Both the position numbers and the translations under genes were made by a program. Shown piece after piece: positions 22,889 to 24,838 of a stretch of 24,838 nucleotides of DNA. Origin of the DNA: Candidatus Phocaeicola faecipullorum (lineage in GTDB: Bacteria; Bacteroidota; Bacteroidia; Bacteroidales; Bacteroidaceae); NCBI GenBank assembly GCA_018884025.1, contig JAHLFB010000209.1, forward strand, positions 1 through 24,838, read 5' to 3'. Below the pieces are notes generated by a model, which searched no databases, had not been told where the DNA came from, and saw only the letters and a list, made by a program, of their open reading frames with translations. Positions within the stretch are counted from its first letter, which is position 1. Each line of letters starts with the position of its first letter.

Positions 22889-24838
22889 TTAAGAACTAAA
22901 CTTAAGTTCATCAATTTCCATGAGTACAGTCTCCCACTCCTCTTCTATCTGTGAAATCTGTTTCTTCAAATCCTGATGCTGCTCATACAGTTTCATATCA
23001 GATGCACCTTCAGGAGTGGCCATTCTTTCTTCCAGTTCTGCCACTTGTGATTCTATCTTTGATATTCTTTCTTCACATTCGGCAGATTGTTTCTCCAGTT
23101 TTCTTATTTTTTTGTTTATCTCCTTCTGAGCCTCATATGAAAGCTTGTTCTCCGACTGTACCGGTTGCTGAACCTCTTTCTTTTGCGATGAGACTGATGG
23201 CGACTGGGAAAGATGAAGTTCATTAAGACTTTCCATTTTCTTTTTCTGCAGGAAATCGTATATGCCTCCGATATGCTCTTTCACTACACCTCCGCCAAAC
23301 TCATAAACCTTGGTTACAAGGCCGTCAAGAAACTCACGGTCGTGTGACACTACGATTACTGTTCCGTCAAACTCCTTGATAGCTTCTTTCAATACATCCT
23401 TGGAACGCATGTCCAGATGATTTGTCGGCTCGTCAAGAATAAGGAAGTTTACGGGTTCCAGCAAAAGTTTTATCATGGCCAAACGGCTGCGTTCTCCTCC
23501 TGAAAGGACTTTTACTTTTTTATCAGAAGCCTCTCCACCAAACATAAAAGCTCCAAGGATATCACGTATCTTCAGACGCATGTCTCCCTTTGCTACTCTG
23601 TCTATGGTATCGAATACTGTAAGATTTTCATCGAGCAACTGTGCCTGATTTTGTGCAAAATAACCTATCTGCACGTTATGTCCTATCACCAGTTTTCCCT
23701 CATAGGGTATCTGGTCCATTATACACTTCACAAGCGTTGATTTACCTTCACCGTTTTTTCCTACAAAGGCTACTTTCTCACCTCTGTTTATTGTAAGTGT
23801 AACATCGTGAAATACCACATGATCGCCATACGCTTTCTTTACATTCTCACATATCACAGGATAGTTGCCGGAACGCATGGCAGGCGGAAACTTGAGTCTC
23901 AACGATGATGTATCCTCATCATCTATTTCAATTGGAACAATCTTTTCCAATTGCTTTATACGGCTCTGAACCTGAACTGCCTTTGTGGCCTTGTATCTGA
24001 AACGCTCTATAAAATCTTCAGTGTCCTTTATTTCCTTCTGCTGGTTTTCGTATGCACGAAGTTGCTGTTCGCGACGTTCCTTGCGCAATACCACAAACTC
24101 ATCATACGGAACCTTATAATCATATATATGTCCGCATGATATTTCTATAGTTCTGTTCGTAACGTTATTTATAAAAGCACGGTCGTGACTGACAAGTACA
24201 ACAGCTCCAGGACTCATCTTCAGGAAATTTTCAAGCCACTGGATACTTTCTATATCGAGATGATTGGTTGGCTCGTCAAGCAGAAGGACATCCGGACGAC
24301 GTAACAGGAGTTTAGCCAATTCAATACGCATTCTCCAGCCTCCGCTGAATTCAGAAGTTGGTCTGTCAAAATCACTTCTGTCAAATCCAAGTCCTGTAAG
24401 CGTACGCTCTATTTCAGCCTTATAATTGGTTCCTCCCATCATCATAAATCTCTCATTCTCATGAGTGAAACGTTCGATGAGTTCGTGATAACTTTCTGAA
24501 TCATAATCAGTCCTGTCAGCCAGTTCCTGATTCATTCTGGATATACTATCTTGCAATTCAAAAATGTGTTCAAAAGCCATTTCCGCCTCAGCCATTACAG
24601 TGCGTGTATCACTCAAAATCATTACTTGAGGCAAATAACCAATAGTTACTCCACGCTGTACAGCCACTACACCTTCCGTTGGCATTTGAAGTCCGGCCAA
24701 AATCTTAAGCATGGTGGATTTTCCGGCTCCGTTTTTTCCGACCAATGCAATACGGTCTTTCTTATTGATAACATAGGACACATCCTCAAACAGAGGAGTA
24801 ACTCCAAACTCTACTTTTAATCCTTCTACTGAAATCAT
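22889..24838 (-). CDS. ABC-F family ATPase: two ABC domains and a C-terminal coiled coil, no TM domain
   Basis: Walker A GKNGAGKST and GKNGEGKST, signatures FSGGWRMR and LSGGERSR, Walker B LLLDEPTNHLD and LILDEPTNHLD, and a charged coiled-coil tail. The ATG sits exactly at the window edge, so the true start could lie beyond it. Confidence 0.93.
   Translation of the reverse strand: MISVEGLKVEFGVTPLFEDVSYVINKKDRIALVGKNGAGKSTMLKILAGLQMPTEGVVAVQRGVTIGYLPQVMILSDTRTVMAEAEMAFEHIFELQDSISRMNQELADRTDYDSESYHELIERFTHENERFMMMGGTNYKAEIERTLTGLGFDRSDFDRPTSEFSGGWRMRIELAKLLLRRPDVLLLDEPTNHLDIESIQWLENFLKMSPGAVVLVSHDRAFINNVTNRTIEISCGHIYDYKVPYDEFVVLRKERREQQLRAYENQQKEIKDTEDFIERFRYKATKAVQVQSRIKQLEKIVPIEIDDEDTSSLRLKFPPAMRSGNYPVICENVKKAYGDHVVFHDVTLTINRGEKVAFVGKNGEGKSTLVKCIMDQIPYEGKLVIGHNVQIGYFAQNQAQLLDENLTVFDTIDRVAKGDMRLKIRDILGAFMFGGEASDKKVKVLSGGERSRLAMIKLLLEPVNFLILDEPTNHLDMRSKDVLKEAIKEFDGTVIVVSHDREFLDGLVTKVYEFGGGVVKEHIGGIYDFLQKKKMESLNELHLSQSPSVSSQKKEVQQPVQSENKLSYEAQKEINKKIRKLEKQSAECEERISKIESQVAELEERMATPEGASDMKLYEQHQDLKKQISQIEEEWETVLMEIDELKFSS

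Noticed and set aside
24836-24838. Possible truncation of the ABC-F gene at the window edge
   Set aside because: The ORF begins with ATG exactly at the last three bases. MISVEGLKVEF is a typical ABC-F N-terminus about 30 aa before Walker A, so the gene is probably complete. The upstream region is not visible, so this stays unverified.

Overview
The window looks like Bacteroidales chromosome: it is A+T-rich, encodes a SusC/SusD pair, has TAnnTTTG-type promoter boxes, and many proteins carry lipoprotein signals. It divides into three parts.

(1) 1-2450 is a very A+T-rich accessory-looking module. It holds an orphan small ORF with no ATG start and a small serine recombinase (556-1185). The recombinase is bracketed by two inverted-repeat structures: a perfect 16-bp IR upstream and an imperfect 19/18-bp IR pair downstream that encloses a promoter-like box. 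A small surface-type lipoprotein gene and a candidate minus-strand sRNA unit follow.

(2) 2455-20431 encodes a membrane-spanning TPR / LuxR-HTH regulator followed by a tightly packed, single-strand operon of about 16 kb that resembles a polysaccharide-utilisation locus (PUL). Gene order is SusC-like, SusD-like, GH63-like (alpha/alpha)6 hydrolase, LacZ-type GH2, a LysO(YbjE)-family transporter split into two overlapping ORFs, a second GH2, and a second GH63-like hydrolase.

(3) 20771-24838 (minus strand) encodes an M13 (PepO-like) metallopeptidase and an ABC-F ATPase, both ordinary housekeeping-type genes.

The observations most worth follow-up:
- The TPR-TM-LuxR protein is the only regulator candidate for the PUL.
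- The enzyme set is mirrored (GH63-GH2-LysO-GH2-GH63), and an amino-acid-exporter-family transporter is the only inner-membrane component.
- The recombinase and its flanking inverted repeats may form an inverton controlling the lipoprotein gene.
- Two promoter-plus-terminator units could encode small RNAs. One carries two blocks complementary to the 19 nt just upstream of the susC start codon.
- A 4 x 21-bp phased repeat array lies between two terminators.

All family assignments rest on motifs read by eye. No database search, identity calculation or RNA folding was run.
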